64,000 nucleotides of DNA from Cenococcum geophilum (taxonomy: Eukaryota). Below are positions 38,673 through 51,555 of this stretch, piece after piece. The stretch lies in NCBI GenBank assembly GCA_050273025.1, contig CP158635.1, forward strand, positions 32,612,001-32,676,000. Reading direction: 5' to 3'. Positions within the stretch are counted from its first letter, which is position 1. Each line of letters opens with the position of its first letter. Position numbers and translations under genes: made by a program. The notes under the pieces are model-generated. The model did not search any database and had not been told where the DNA came from. It was given only the letters and a program-made list of their open reading frames with translations.

Positions 38673-40267
38673 CCTCAGCGAGCTCAGACGCGATTTTTTA
38701 GCTAGCATCGGAATAACCTACGCCGTCTTCCGAATTGCAAAATCACGTCTGAGAGGGTTTGGCGAGATTTGTTAAAATCCTAAGCAAAATCCGCAAAACG
38801 GAGATTGCGGATATCTAATTTATTTATTCACACAACGCGTTATTATTAAACCCCGTAGTTACTTTTTTTTTAAGACTTAGGGCTTCTAAATGGTATAAAT
38901 TTTATTATACGGCTACCACTTAGTCCTAATATTAATTTCGTTAAAGTTAAAAAACGCGTTATTAAAAGCCTAAGCATATATTATATCTTATTAAATAGTC
39001 TGCTAATATAGATAAAACTATACAGATATATAGGTATCTACTACTTAAAGCTATTGCAACACCTAGTAGGTGCTATAGTTGGGTCCTTCCTTGAAAATAT
39101 CCTCCCTTGGCCCAGAGCTACTACTAGGGGGTAAGCTTTGGGCAGAGCCTTATGTAGAGCCTTAGTAGAGCTTCGTATAGAGCTTCGTGCAGAGCTTCGT
39201 GCAGAGCTTCGTGCAGAGCTTCGTGCAGAGCTTCGTGCAGAGCTTCGTGCAGAGCTTCGTGCAGAGCTTCGTGCAGAGCTTCGTGCAGAGCTTCGTGCAG
39301 AGCTTCGTGCAGAGCTTCGTGCAGAGCTTCGTGCAGAGCTTCATGCAGAGCTTCGTGCAGAGCTTCGTGCAGAGCTTCGTGCAGAGCTTCATGCAGAGCC
39401 ACGTGCAGGCGTGCAGACGTTCGTACGGGCGATCAATTGCAGAGACGTTTGTAGAGACGATTGTATGGGCAATTGATCGATTAATTGTATGGGCGTTTGT
39501 ACGGGCGTTTGTACGGACAATTGTAGAACCTTCCTGGTATATTAGTGCTGCGTGTTAATAGAGCTTTAGAGCTCTATATAGGTGAAGAAAAGAGACTATA
39601 TATACATGAGGTAGGTGGCGAAACGCTAATAACGATGCTAATGATAGAGCTGACGACTACGACTTGTAATTGCCACTGTCGACAACGCCACTCAGTTAGT
39701 ATTTGGTAATGGGAATCGACAATAGGGCTTCGAGTAGAGCTTCGAGCAGAGCTTCGAGCAGAGCTTCGTGTGGAGCTTTGTGCAGAGCTTTTGCAGAGCT
39801 TCGGTAGAGCTCCGTGCAGAGCTCTGTGCAGGTCTCCCCCTAAGCTTCGTTCCGCAGAGCTCTCGCAAAGCTCCACAGCTCTACGCAGAGGGCTGCCAGC
39901 GTAGGCGTAAGCGTTTAGCGTTGGTGTTTACTGCGCGGCTCGGCGGTGCAGAGGTAGAATTGGGGCCTCTACGGTGACGACTTCCTCTTACCGTCGCGCG
40001 GGTATAAGGAGCTAAGGGTCTCATAGCCTTATAGAGTAGGCTTTTCTCTATAATTTAGTGTAATTTTTATGTCAATAAGTATTATGGGAGGGTAGATCAA
40101 TTTCGTTAAAGTTGATGAGGTCTTCTCATATAAACGGTGTTTAGGTTTTCTACAAATCTCGCTAAAGTCCCTTAGACTAAGAAAACGATTACCGTCCTAA
40201 ATCAGCTTAGCGGACGGTGCGGATATTCCAATATCCGCAATCGATTTCTTGGTCTGAGCTTCTGAGG
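38673..40267. mobile_element. Non-autonomous TIR element carrying a 12-bp minisatellite
   Basis: Termini CCTCAGCGAGCTCAGAC and GTCTGAGCTTCTGAGG, TA on both flanks, RIP-like interior. Confidence 0.7.
39142..39400. repeat. Minisatellite (GCAGAGCTTCGT)n, ~18 near-perfect copies
   Basis: Directly visible. Confidence 0.97.
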
Positions 40268-40276
40268 TAACCCCGT

Positions 40277-40527
40277 CTCTTCAGCGCCGATAAAAGCGGC
40301 GGAATAACGGCACGGGCCACAAACACCAAAACACCCCCTAAACAATTACAATAAACAACAATACGCGCACCAAAACACTCCCAAGATTGCCGGCGTGTAA
40401 ATGGGCAGATAACACAGTATTGAGCATAAATTGAGCGTTTAATTGTATATAGAAATCAAGGTATGGCCGAAAATCTAGTATTTATGGCCCGTGCCGTTAT
40501 TCCGCCGCTTTTATCGGCGCCGAAGAG
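40277..40527. mobile_element. 251-bp MITE with 43-bp TIRs and a 5-bp TSD (CCCGT)
   Basis: CTCTTCRGCGCCGATAAAAGCGGCGGAATAACGGCACGGGCCA at both ends; CCCGT at 40272-40276 and 40528-40532. Confidence 0.88.
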
Positions 40528-41150
40528 CCCGTCTTGACTCGCTCACTACCCCTTGTTTCTACTGCCACCCCCCTCCTCCCTACACCTTTCTTATGTATAT
40601 ATAGAGGCTCTAGAGCCACGATTCAATAGACAGAGTTCTCATTCTTTTCTTACAATCGGTGCACGGACTACCGATCGACAGCTTACTTTAGTATCTTGCC
40701 ATTGGCCGCCTTGCTCTTTCGGCTTCAACCTTCCCGCTCTGTTGCTGGGCAACGGTGCACCGAACACAATATATTATTCTTCGTCCTTCGCATCCACCTA
40801 GGATATCTTTATCATTGCTGCAACTCGAGAACTCTTCAAAACTATTTTCATGAAACTCCAACATACCAATTATCTCCATTCAAGAGTCCACAGAGGTCTC
40901 AGACCAGCAATACGGCACCATCTTTGATTGGCTGCAGTCATGTGAAGTCGACCTCCAAACCACGAATTCATTCCAAGTCCCCTCTCCTTTCCCGAGTCCG
41001 CGAAAGTGGATTCAACATTACAAGGCTGCTTCAGACGGCCGTCGTACTCTTATTCGACGACTCCGGCCTCGTTCCCGATCACTGCCTACAACCTTCATGG
41101 ATGATGGTGACCAGCACGCTAGACGTGGGCGAGGCGGAGGGCGCGGAGTA

Positions 41151-42704
41151 ATGACACGGTCGCAAAGCAGAAAGAACAAACTCGAGGCAAGCGTCGACGG
41201 AAAACTTACCTCAGTAACAAAGTCGCCGACCAAGAGACAAGGGCAATCGTCCGGAACCTATCCACATGCTCAGACTACCTTGATTCCTCTTCATAACACC
41301 GCTTCTAGCGATCCAGACCTCGCTGACAATGTCAACATCGATCAGCTCCAGCTTGAAGAGCGCCTTTCCACTGTAACATCCGAATTTGACCTTCACACAC
41401 CCACAACGTTCTCCCGCTCCACCACATTCACAGCAGTAGCCAACATTACAAGCCTCAGCCGCAACCACACTAGGTCGCGCTCGCGTAGCCTGACAAAGGA
41501 TTGGCGACTTGAGGGCAGCGAAACCGCCCATTAAAGTGGAGGCGGCGATAAAGGTGCCACAAGATGTCAAAGCGCTGTTAGACAGGTCCATGGATATCCA
41601 CGATGGTATTGGCGTCCTACCGCAATGTCTAAAGATGTTTTTTTCTTCCGATGATAAATTTCGGTGGCAACGGCTTACAAGACACATGTTCGCAGGCACA
41701 GCTTAACGCGCTCGATCACCGCGAGTATCGCAATGTCTTCTTCGACAATTCCGATAATCTAGTTACAGCGTACGACCGGGAACTACTTGAGAAACTGCGG
41801 TTGCTTCGAGATGCCGCGTTACGATGTTAGGATCTGGGGAAGCCAGAGCCCTCCTGGGGAGAGGAAGTTTTCCGACCGCTGCTGAACCTGGCTGCTGAGC
41901 TGGAGAACCGGGACAATAACTAAAAGATCCAAGTGGAGGATGTGTATGTCTTTCCTACGCCATCGTCAGCCACGTGGATGCCAAAATTCGGCGAGGCAGT
42001 CTCGCACCTGCCAACGCCATTTCACTAACGCCATCTTCTCACACAGCACTACAACTCAAATATTCCCAAGGTCGCTGGCCCCACTGACCTGCAGGATCTA
42101 CCCTTCGAATCCAAACGTGTAGACTATTGCATCTACCTCTCCCAAACCGAAAAGCAAGAAGTCCACACGCGAGACATACTCGCTTCCCGCAATGTCGACA
42201 TCAATAACTACAGCATCAATCAGGCCGGCTCTGCAGACTACGTCAAGTGGCTCCCACGACTCGCGGTGATTTGAATGCAAGAAGGCACTACCTGGAACAG
42301 ACGGCATGGTACAACTGTGCGTCTGGATGGCTGCCCTAAGGAAGCGGTTGGAAGGGCTCATGAGACGGGAGGAGGTAAAACCTGAGAAGCAGGAGGTGCA
42401 TTTGAAACCAATGCCGTGCTTAAAGGCTGAGGGCTTGGATCGGAAGATGTACTGGTGTTGTATTGGGGAGGAGGGCAAGACAGTGAGTTGGTTTTATGCT
42501 CTGTGATTGTACTCGCCTAGACGGTGTCCATGTTCGGTGCGCTAACGTTGGCCGTCCATAGATGCCCTACGGACCTGAGAACCTCAGCTCGACGAAGAGA
42601 TGAAGGGCATGTACCAGATTTTGAAGGCGTTGAGGGAGATAGTGAAATATGGCCGGGATGAGTATTGGCCGTGGTTCCGGGAGACGATGCTCTGGGAGAG
42701 TTAG
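41151..42704 (+). pseudogene. Fungal PD-(D/E)XK nuclease-like protein, disrupted
   Basis: Ser/Arg-rich N-terminus, then EPSWGEEVFRPLL, a VDY-like DYCIYL (stop beside it), SINQ, ECKK..DGMVQLCVWMAA, PCL..G..R.MY, and GMYQILKALR..YG..EYWPWF. Internal stops and frameshifts. Confidence 0.7.
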
Positions 42705-43479
42705 GGCACCTTGAATTGGAAGGTGGCGTCTGCGAACTGGCTCCCGGAGGACCGCACTGGCTTCAACCTCATCACGACTCTGTGCTTCTTCGACGGCCTT
42801 CCGCTGCAGAGGAGAGACGCGGCACTGCGGCTCTGGGGGCTGGCTTGCTCCTGGAGGGAGAATGGTCTTGGACTTGAGCCTGACCGTGGACGAAACTGAG
42901 TGCCCCACCACGTGCATCTACTCGTCGGCCGATGCGACGAGCGTTCCAGCAGCAAGTGAATGCTCGCCTTGCTGGCACTCAGCCTTGCGTCTGCCTGCAT
43001 CCTAAAGAGCTCCTACCGCTGGGCTCAGAGATAACTGCCAAGGTTGCTGCCTCGACAGATGCCCACTCCCAATCCGAACTGTTGCCTTCACGCTCTAGGC
43101 ATAATACGGATAACTACTCTGAATATTTTCTGCCCCCAAAGAATTCTCCAAAGCATGGGCACCATGAGGGACACATCTGCCTTTCTCAGCCCCTTTCAAG
43201 CGTCCGGCGTCGTCGTACTAACCTCTAATTCGACTTACTTCCCGCTAGAAAGCGATAAACACTTCAGCGCTTCCTGAAATAAACTCTCTTCAGTTGTTAT
43301 TCTATGCTAAGTCGCTAGACCTTTATTGTGAGGATACTTCCCAGCCAATAAAAGGTAGCCACATTTAATAGATGTGCGGAGGGCTGCCACGATTGGTCTT
43401 ACAATAAAACTTGGCAGAGCCCTGTGCAAATGTTCAGCTGTTTGCCACTCCAATAGTGTCCGGCGCTAACAGGTTAATA

Positions 43480-43629
43480 CAAGGGGGTGACAAGTGGGCT
43501 GCCCGCCCTCCCTGCAAGTTTTAGTGGCATTATAACCATATCGGCAGCATTTTAGCGGGACGCTACTATAATGCCGCCAAAACTTGCAGGGAGGGCAGGC
43601 AGCCCGCTCCCGCTCATGTCACCCCCTTG
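43480..43629. mobile_element. 150-bp fold-back MITE (Tc1/mariner-type, TA TSD)
   Basis: ~55-bp imperfect arms CAAGGGGGTGACA..GGGCTGCCYGCCCTCCCTGCAAGTTTT..GGCATTATA; TA on both flanks. Confidence 0.85.
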
Positions 43630-44015
43630 TACAACCTCTCTTAGTGCACACCTCTAATCTTATGAGTTATGACCCAAAAATTGTGGAGCTTGCTGCCGTC
43701 ATTCGATGGTCCTGCTGCAAGTGATAAGCCACGCTTCTGTTCTTTCACCCACTGCATTCGTGTGGGTCAGCATACGACTCAGCGCCTGTACGTTGCATAT
43801 GCAGCTTGCCTTCTACGACAAGTATCGATGATTCGGGCAGATGCTGTTGCCTGGCCTCTTGAAGTTTGAGTAGGATGTAATCATTACTGTCATGGGTAAT
43901 CATAATCAGCCTCCTTTCTAACTCTTTCTCCTTTCTTTTTCTTGTCTTCCTTTATTTACAACACCACCTACTGAAGTTCAGTCAGTCAATCCTTAACAAA
44001 GCCCAATCCGGTGTC

Positions 44016-47000
44016 ATGAACCCGTGGGGCTGTGGGACACGCGGCCGGGGATCTGGAGGCGGATTTGGAAGAGGCAACGGTTGGCGTGGAGGAAGGGGAG
44101 GAGGATCGGGTAGACACAGGACAGACCAAGGAATGTGTCGATATTTTCAGCAGACTGGCTTGTGCAGATTTGGCTCAACATGCAAGTTCTCCCACGATCT
44201 TTCGTCAGAGGGAGGTGGCGAGCGGTTATCAAAAGAGCGGCCATCAAGGGCTGAGGAGACGCCTGAACAACAGCGAGCCAAAGCCGACTACAATTCTTGG
44301 AAAAGAATCATCAAAAACCCACCTCTACCAAACGACGAGAGGACAGTTGAGCAGCTATGGAATGGTGCTCTTGCGATCTTGAACAGCGATGAACGAGAAT
44401 GGAAGCAGATGATCCCGAGAGATCTTGATAGCGAAGAGTACTTTGGTCGGGAGCACATCAGGACTTTACTGACCATACGGACACGGTTTGGAGATTATAG
44501 CACATTCATTCGACTTATTCGGCCTTTCCTCCTAGTTATAACGCATTCGTCTTTCTTAGATTGTCTTTCCGTCGACACTTTCGTGGGAGGACTGTATAAC
44601 TTCATCAGCGGCACAAATGGTACTCGGGCCGTTCCTTTCTTCCGGCACCTTTGCGAGACGTTGGTCAACGCACATGTCAATACGATCTCCTCGGCCACAA
44701 CGGCGACTGTTGAGACAACCCTAGTCGCCATGTCAACTACCCTTCGCGAGCTTCTCAGAAGGGAGTCTCGAGCCAGATTCAATGATGACCTTCCAACTCT
44801 GATTGATTCTATGGAAAATACTGTACAGATGATCACCGGAGAAGCCCAATCCCAAACTCCCACAATCGTGCTCAGTCAAATTGGTGAGGTACGGGCAATC
44901 GTGGCGCGTGCAAAGGGATTGCTAGTTCAGGAGGAAGAACAGCAGGAGGCACCCCCCACCACCACCGTTACATCGACCTATCCTCGTAGCTTGGTAAAGC
45001 CTCGAGATCGCCACGACAACGATAAGGCAGATATCACGAGAATCAAGATCTTCCCTACCCGTGAGGAGATTCTAAGCGAGGGGGCAGATTTCTTACCGTC
45101 AACCGATTTAGACCAGCCTCATTTTCTCACCGACCAAGCTGAGCGGCATATCGATACACACTTCCGCCTTCTTCGTTACGACACTTTTGGAGAACTGAAA
45201 GACGCTCTCGGGGGTCTGATGCATGCTGTGGAGAACGACCCAACCTGCCTAAATAATCCCAAGCTTAATTTTGGTGATTTCCGAGCTTACCATTACCCCA
45301 ACGCCTACATCAGCTATGTTTCCTTCGACAATCGCCGAGGACTGGGAGTGGATATATCATTCCCACAGCTTTCCGTCGTGCGCAAGAAGCCGGCCTCTGA
45401 AAGACGTAAATGGTGGGAAGAGTCCAAACGGCTCGCTGAGGGCGTTCTCCTATCCTTCATTTCAATTCAACATAGCGAAATTCAGCATTTATTCTTCACC
45501 GTGACCGAGAAGAATACAGACACGAGGAAGGATCACAGTCTCACCAAGGAAGACCATCAAGGCACGATTACTGCGAAGCTGGCGAGTCACGATCAGATGG
45601 GTGTAGAGTCAGCAGTTCGCTTAAGCTGCCAAAAGGCACGAGGGGTGCTGATAGAATTCCCTGGGGTCTTGCCTGCCACGTTCATACCAATACTTGAAAA
45701 TTTGCAGGACATGCAGCGGCTGAGCCGGTTGCCATTCCGCCAGTGGATCCTTCCTGATAGGATCGGTGATACCCAGGAAGTTGGGAAGGGCAATATTCCT
45801 CCACCGCTCTATGCCCGGGAACCCGGTTTCACTTTTTCGTTGAACCCAATCCTCAAGCCAGAGAGATCACATAACGGAAGTATCTCCATCAACCCAACCT
45901 CATCGGCGAACGATCCAACTATTGTCGATGAGATGGAAGCGCGAACGTATTTGGATCGCGGCCAGTGTCGAGCTTTGCTTACAGCACTAACCCGCGAATT
46001 TGCATTCATTCAGGGACCGCCCGGAACTGGGAAGTCCTATCTTGGCATCCAATTGATGAAAGTCCTAATGGATCGCAAAGAGACGGTGGATTTAGGGCCA
46101 GTAGTCGTAGTGTAAGTTATTATCCTTGTTTGCGGTTCATCGGCTAACGACAAGCAAGCTGTTATACGAATCACGCGTTAGATCAGTTCCTGGAGCATCT
46201 ACACGCGATCGGTATCAGGAAAATCATTCGAATTGGAGGCCAAAGCCAATCTAGCCTACTGGAAGAGCACAACCTTCGAAAGGTATCTCAAGCAGAGACG
46301 AAGACTAGGTCAGAGAGCTATCTCCTTGCCAAGTCGTACGAGGCTTTGGACCGCGAGACAAAGCGCATCAAAGGGAATCTCGGGAGAGTACATGGTATAC
46401 TAAAGCGAGCGAACTGGTCAAATTTGCAATACCATCTTTTGGGAAAGTACCCGCGAATACATGCCCAGTTTGGTCAGATTGACGAGGACGGATTTGAGGT
46501 CGTCGGTCGGCATCCTTTTGAGCTGTGGGCGCCAAATGGAAAGTCATTCACCGAATCAGAAAGCATAGGCGAAACCAAGTTGATAGCAAGCGAGCTCAAT
46601 CATGTCCTTCAAAAAGCGGAAACAAACGTCCACTCGTTATCGCAACAAGAAAGACGCGGCCTTGTAGAATTGTGGAGTCAAGAGGTTCATGATCATGCAC
46701 TAGACGATCTGTTCGAAAGAGTGAAGGACACCGATTCCATCCAACGGCAGTTAACAAACATTCACGACGAGGTTGATCGACGGGTGTTACAAGATGCAGA
46801 CGTCGTCGGCATCACTACGACGGGTTTAGCCAAACGAATCTCTACTCTACAGCGTATAAGATGCAAGGTTGTAATATGCGAGGAAGCAGGGGAGGTCATG
46901 GAACCGCATATGATATCCGCGCTACTTCCGACCATCGAGCATTTCATCCAGATTGGTGATCATGAACAATTGCGTCCGCAAATCAACAATTATAGCTTGT

Positions 47001-50000
47001 CACTTGAGAGTAGGCAGGGCGCCTTGTACCAATTGGACCGCAGTCAATTTGAAAGGCTCTCGGTTGGAGAGCCTGGAAGGCCTAAGATGCCAGTAGCTCA
47101 GTTGAATGTCCAGCGGCGCATGCGTCCTGAGATCTCGATGTTGATACGGGAGACTATCTACCCCAAACTAGACGATCACCCGAGCACTACCGATCTTCCA
47201 GATGTTGTCGGCATGCGAAAGAACGTCTTTTGGCTTGACCACGATCACTTTGAAGAGGGCCAGCACTCCGAGATGCATCATAAGTCACATTCCAACATCT
47301 GGGAGGTGGAGATGGTGCATACGCTGGTTCGCCATATTGTCCGCCAGGGGGAGTATAGCAGCAGCGATATCGCTGTCTTGACACCGTATACCGGCCAACT
47401 TCAAAAGCTTCGTTCAGCAATGCGAAACGACTTCGAGATTGTCCTCAGTGACCGGGACCAGGATGCGCTGGAGAAAGACGGATTCAACGTTGGGGCGACT
47501 AGTTCCGGGGACGAGGAACCCGACAACCAGTCCGGCCATAGGAAAGCACCTTTAGAGAAGAAAAAACTAAGTGATCTCTTACGAATATCAACTGTCGATA
47601 ACTTTCAGGGCGAAGAGGCCAGGGTCATTATCGTGTCCCTCGTCAGGAGCAATAATGAGAGAAAGGTCGGGTTCCTAAGGACGACGAATCGAATTAATGT
47701 TCTCCTTAGTCGTGCTCAGCATGGCATGTATCTTATTGGCAACACGGATACCTATTCTAACATACGTATGTGGCAGAAAGTCATCGATATGCTCCGGGCC
47801 TCGGATTCCGTCGGCAACTCCTTGGGCCTTTGCTGCCCGCGACATAAAGACACCCTCATCCAAGTGTCCGAGCCGGATGATTTTCCCAGGCTTAGTCCTG
47901 AAGGTGGATGCCGGCAAGCCTGTCTCTGGCGCCTCCCTGACTGTGGTCACATGTGTCAGGCCAGATGCCATTCAGAAAGCATGCACAATGTCTTTTCGTG
48001 TCCGCAACCATGTCAACGCCTCCACGATCCATGCAAGCATGCATGTCAGAAACAAACTTGCGGAGAGGATTGCGGAAAGTGTCTCATCAAGCTGAAGGAC
48101 GTCCGGCTTCCCTGTGGCCACTTCAAGGACGACATTTTCTGCTACCTAGCTCAAGATCCTGGTGCGATCTATTGCGATACTCTGGTCCAAAAGACGGTTC
48201 CCGGATGCAATCATACGGTAGAAGTGGCGTGCTCCCTGGACGTGACTTTGGATCGCTACCGATGTCCAACGCCTTGTGCAACAATACTTTCCTGTGGCCA
48301 CCCCTGTCCCGGTACTTGCGGGCAATGCAATACCAAGACAAACACGGGGCAACGTTCTGTTTCTCACCAGAAATGCCGGAAGGTCTGCGGGAGACGATTT
48401 GGAACCTGTAATCACACCTGTCACAAACCGTGTCACGATGGAAAGGATTGTGGCCCTTGTCTCTCTCCCTGTGAGGTCCGCTGCCAACATTCCCAGTGTA
48501 CCTTACTTTGCCACGAGGCTTGTGCTCCATGTATCGAAATATGTACATGGTCTTGCGAGCACCAAGGGTCTTGCACTATGCCCTGTTCTGCTCCCTGTAA
48601 CAGACTACCATGCGATCAGCGCTGTTCCAAAGAACTTCCCTGCGGTCACCAGTGTCCAGGACTTTGCGGCGAGATATGCCCCAAAAGGTACTGCCACAAA
48701 TGTGCCATGAGGCAGGACGCCCGAGTTGATCTACTCGAAATGAAAACATACGCCGAAATTGATGTCAACGAAACACCAATTGTTGTTCTCGGATGCGGCC
48801 ACTTCTTCACGACAGAAACTCTTGATGGCCTTATAGGAATGCACGATGTTTATGTTACCAACAAATTTGGCCAATTCACAGGGCTTGCGGATATCTCTGG
48901 TGCTTTAGCTAGCAAGATCCCTCAATGCCCAGACTGTCAATGTCCGGTGAGACAGTACGTCACTCAGCGATACAACCGAGTCATCAACAGGGCCGTCATC
49001 GACGGGATGTCAAAGCGGTTCCTCGTCAATGGGAAGACAGAGCTTAGAGGACTAGAAAATCAGGTTGATGGGCTCGAGAAAGAATTCGAGAAATCCCGTT
49101 CAGACGTCACGCGCTCTATAAGTCTTGCCGCTAACGGCAATTTGGCAGGACTTGCAACAAATGTTGCGAAACAAATCCAGACTCGATATGACGCATCTCA
49201 CAGATTGAATAAAGACATGAGCTCCTTCCTCAGAAAAGTTGCAGACCGCCATCAGCCCGCTCAGAAACTTCACGAGGCTACGGTCCACGCCACCAGGACG
49301 AACAAGTCGAAATCTCTCGATGAGGCACTGGCATCTCTGAGTATCCGGGACACAGTTCCTCTTGTCGAGCGCGACCGCCGTGTTACGCTTGGTGGACGAA
49401 TGATCCAGATCAAGGCCGAATGCATTGTTCTCGAAGACAAATTCAGCATCGCAGGAGCACTCAAGTCCGCATTCTCCGCCGAAACTGCAAAATTGCCCGG
49501 CGGTTCCCCTGACAAACTCACAAAGCCTTTCCTCCAGATCTGTGCGACATTCATCACGGATTGCAACACCGAAAGTCTTCCCAAGCTTGCGGTCGAAGCC
49601 ACGCTTTACTTCGCTAGAATAGCATGGCTTTATCAATCCTCTGGGTTGTCTGACAACAGCGACAAGGAGAAAGCGACAGAGTACGTGAAAGAAGCAAGGG
49701 AGTTACTAGAAGGGGCTCTCGAGCTTTGCAAGCGGCCATTCCAGAATGCCGAGCAGCTGAAGAAAGCGGCCGAAGAGAGTATCAAGTTGCTGCGAAGGGA
49801 ATGGTACGAAGTGGTCACACCTGAGGAACTCGCCGCTATCAAGCAGGCGATGGTAAGCGGGCTGAGGGGAATTGCGACGCACTCGGGGCATTGGTATAAT
49901 TGCGTCAATGGACATCCGGTACGTATGAATTCGGTTTCTTTTAAGTCTCCGGACGTCCGTTTATCTCTTCAATTTCTGCATCAACGCTCCCTGTATCGCT

Positions 50001-50274
50001 GCTGCGTGCTCCAGTGATATTTTTTTCCCCTACACCTCGGATTCCTCTTCGTCGCCTCTAATTTCTTCTCACCTAACCACCATGAACATACTTTCCATCC
50101 TTTGAACCTTTCTCGCCCTCCGTCACCGATATTCTGACCCTAGTCCAGTTTGCAATCGGCGAATGCGGTATGCCAATGGAGCAAGCTCGCTGTCCAGAAT
50201 GCGGAGCACCTATTGGAGGATTGAATCATCAAGCTGTTGCAGGCGTCACGCGTGCCATGGACATGGAGAGGTGA
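44016..50274 (+). CDS. ZNFX1: ZNFX1-like SF1 RNA helicase with CCCH, NF-X1 and RZ zinc fingers (exons 44016-46111, 46159-49918, 50149-50274; ~1993 aa)
   Basis: CRYFQQTGLCRFGSTCKFSH; GPPGTGKS; CYTNHALDQFL; CEEAGEV; IGDHEQLRP; TVDNFQGEE; RINVLLSRAQ; many CGH-x-C NF-X1 repeats; C-terminal GHWYNCVNGHP|FAIGECGMPMEQARCPECGAPIGG. Confidence 0.93.
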
Positions 50275-50479
50275 GGTGGTCGACGTTTGAGCCCGCTGGT
50301 GACAGTTGAAGGAGAATGGGCTACGTGATGGCTTGGATGACGTGAGAGGAAAGTAGCGATTGTAACTTTGACGATTTACGCCATGCCAGGGACTTCCACA
50401 GACAGAGACTGAGTGTATGGAGAATGTGCGAATCAGCTCCGTATCAGCTTGGGTAGTATCCGATCGATAGGAGTCAAGA

Positions 50480-51165
50480 AGAGCTGGGCGAGTGATGATG
50501 AGAACGCGGATCGGAGGCGATATCAAAAGCGATGCTGGACGCCGCCCCGTTAAAGCAAAAGTGGAAGCCATGAGTGCGTTTGACAACGTCTTGCGAATCT
50601 AGAGTGGGTAAAGCACTGTCGGGGCAGCTCCCCGAGTTGTAATTCTGGTTTGGCGCTTGGTACCCTGCCTCCGATGCCTACCATTAGGCCGAACCGCACG
50701 GATACGAATTTCGACTTCATCTGGAGGGCATCAATGACTAGGATCAGCAGCTTTGGAAACAGTCCCGCGTCGAGTTTAGAAAGGGGCTGATGGATGAGCT
50801 TCTCCCACTGGTCTGTAGGCCAAGGCTACCAATATTGCTTTTCTTCGAGACGGCCTCGCATATGTAGCCCTCAAAGTCAGAGGACAGTTCGGCCAACTCT
50901 CTTGCCAAGATTATGAAAACCTTCCCTGCAGACCCGAGGTCTCCTCCGCCTCTTGAAAAGAAGAAGTTTGCGCCCAGGCGTCCCTCCTTACGGTATTCTC
51001 GAGCAATGGTATGTACGATGGTCAATTTCCCAGTCCTGGCCATGCCACTGAGCCAAAATATGCACTTCTCGTCAGTAGCGTCCCGAAGGCATTCGGAGGC
51101 ATGCTGTTTGTTGGATGTATTGAATGCTGCCTGATTGGCGTAGGGAAGCAGCTTCAGTAGATGAT
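50480..51165 (-). pseudogene. HET-E-like NACHT (NLR) domain relic
   Basis: LPYANQAAFN..CL, IFWLSGMARTGKLTI (degenerate P-loop), LGANFFFSRG, then frameshifted DQWEKLIHQPLSKL..LILVIDAL (Walker B). Confidence 0.8.
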
Positions 51166-51555
51166 GTAATGTTATCTCCATGAACGATATACAGTTATGC
51201 TTGAACTCCCACGCGGGAACCTCTATTGTTGAACCAAGCATGACGAGGACCTGGTGGGTTAGCGTCGGCAGATCGTCGCATGATGGCCGCGGCCCCGGTC
51301 GGGGTAAGACTTCTTGGAAAACCGATTTGAGTTGCACTGCCGCCAATCAGAGCCGTTTCACTTCATGGCTGCATTTGCTGGGCTATGTTAAATGTTGTCA
51401 TGCAGTGGAGTTGACGTTCGTCTAATAGTGGAACCTATACCAGCGCCGGTAACTACGCGATTCACTTTCCCCGAGCAAAAGTTACCCCTAGCCTGCGTCT
51501 TGCGGAGAGTGGCCGGGGGCAGTGCAAAACTGCAAACGAATACCTCTCTCGTCTT

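Larger units (their letters stand above)
38609..40680 (+). mobile_element. LTR sequence (TGTCGA..TCGACA) interrupted by two nested TIR elements
   Basis: 5' part at 38609-38672, 3' part at 40528-40680 ending CTTACAATCGGTGCACGGACTACCGATCGACA, as in the 25465-25667 LTR. No matching TSD seen. Confidence 0.65.

Noticed and set aside
39124..39558. ORFs with ALHE/AELR/QSFV/KLCT repeats
   Set aside because: Multiple frames are open only because a stop-free 12-bp unit is repeated; no evidence of coding.
49919..50017. C-terminal tail of the 1223-aa ORF
   Set aside because: Intron read-through; splicing to 50149 restores the RZ motif.
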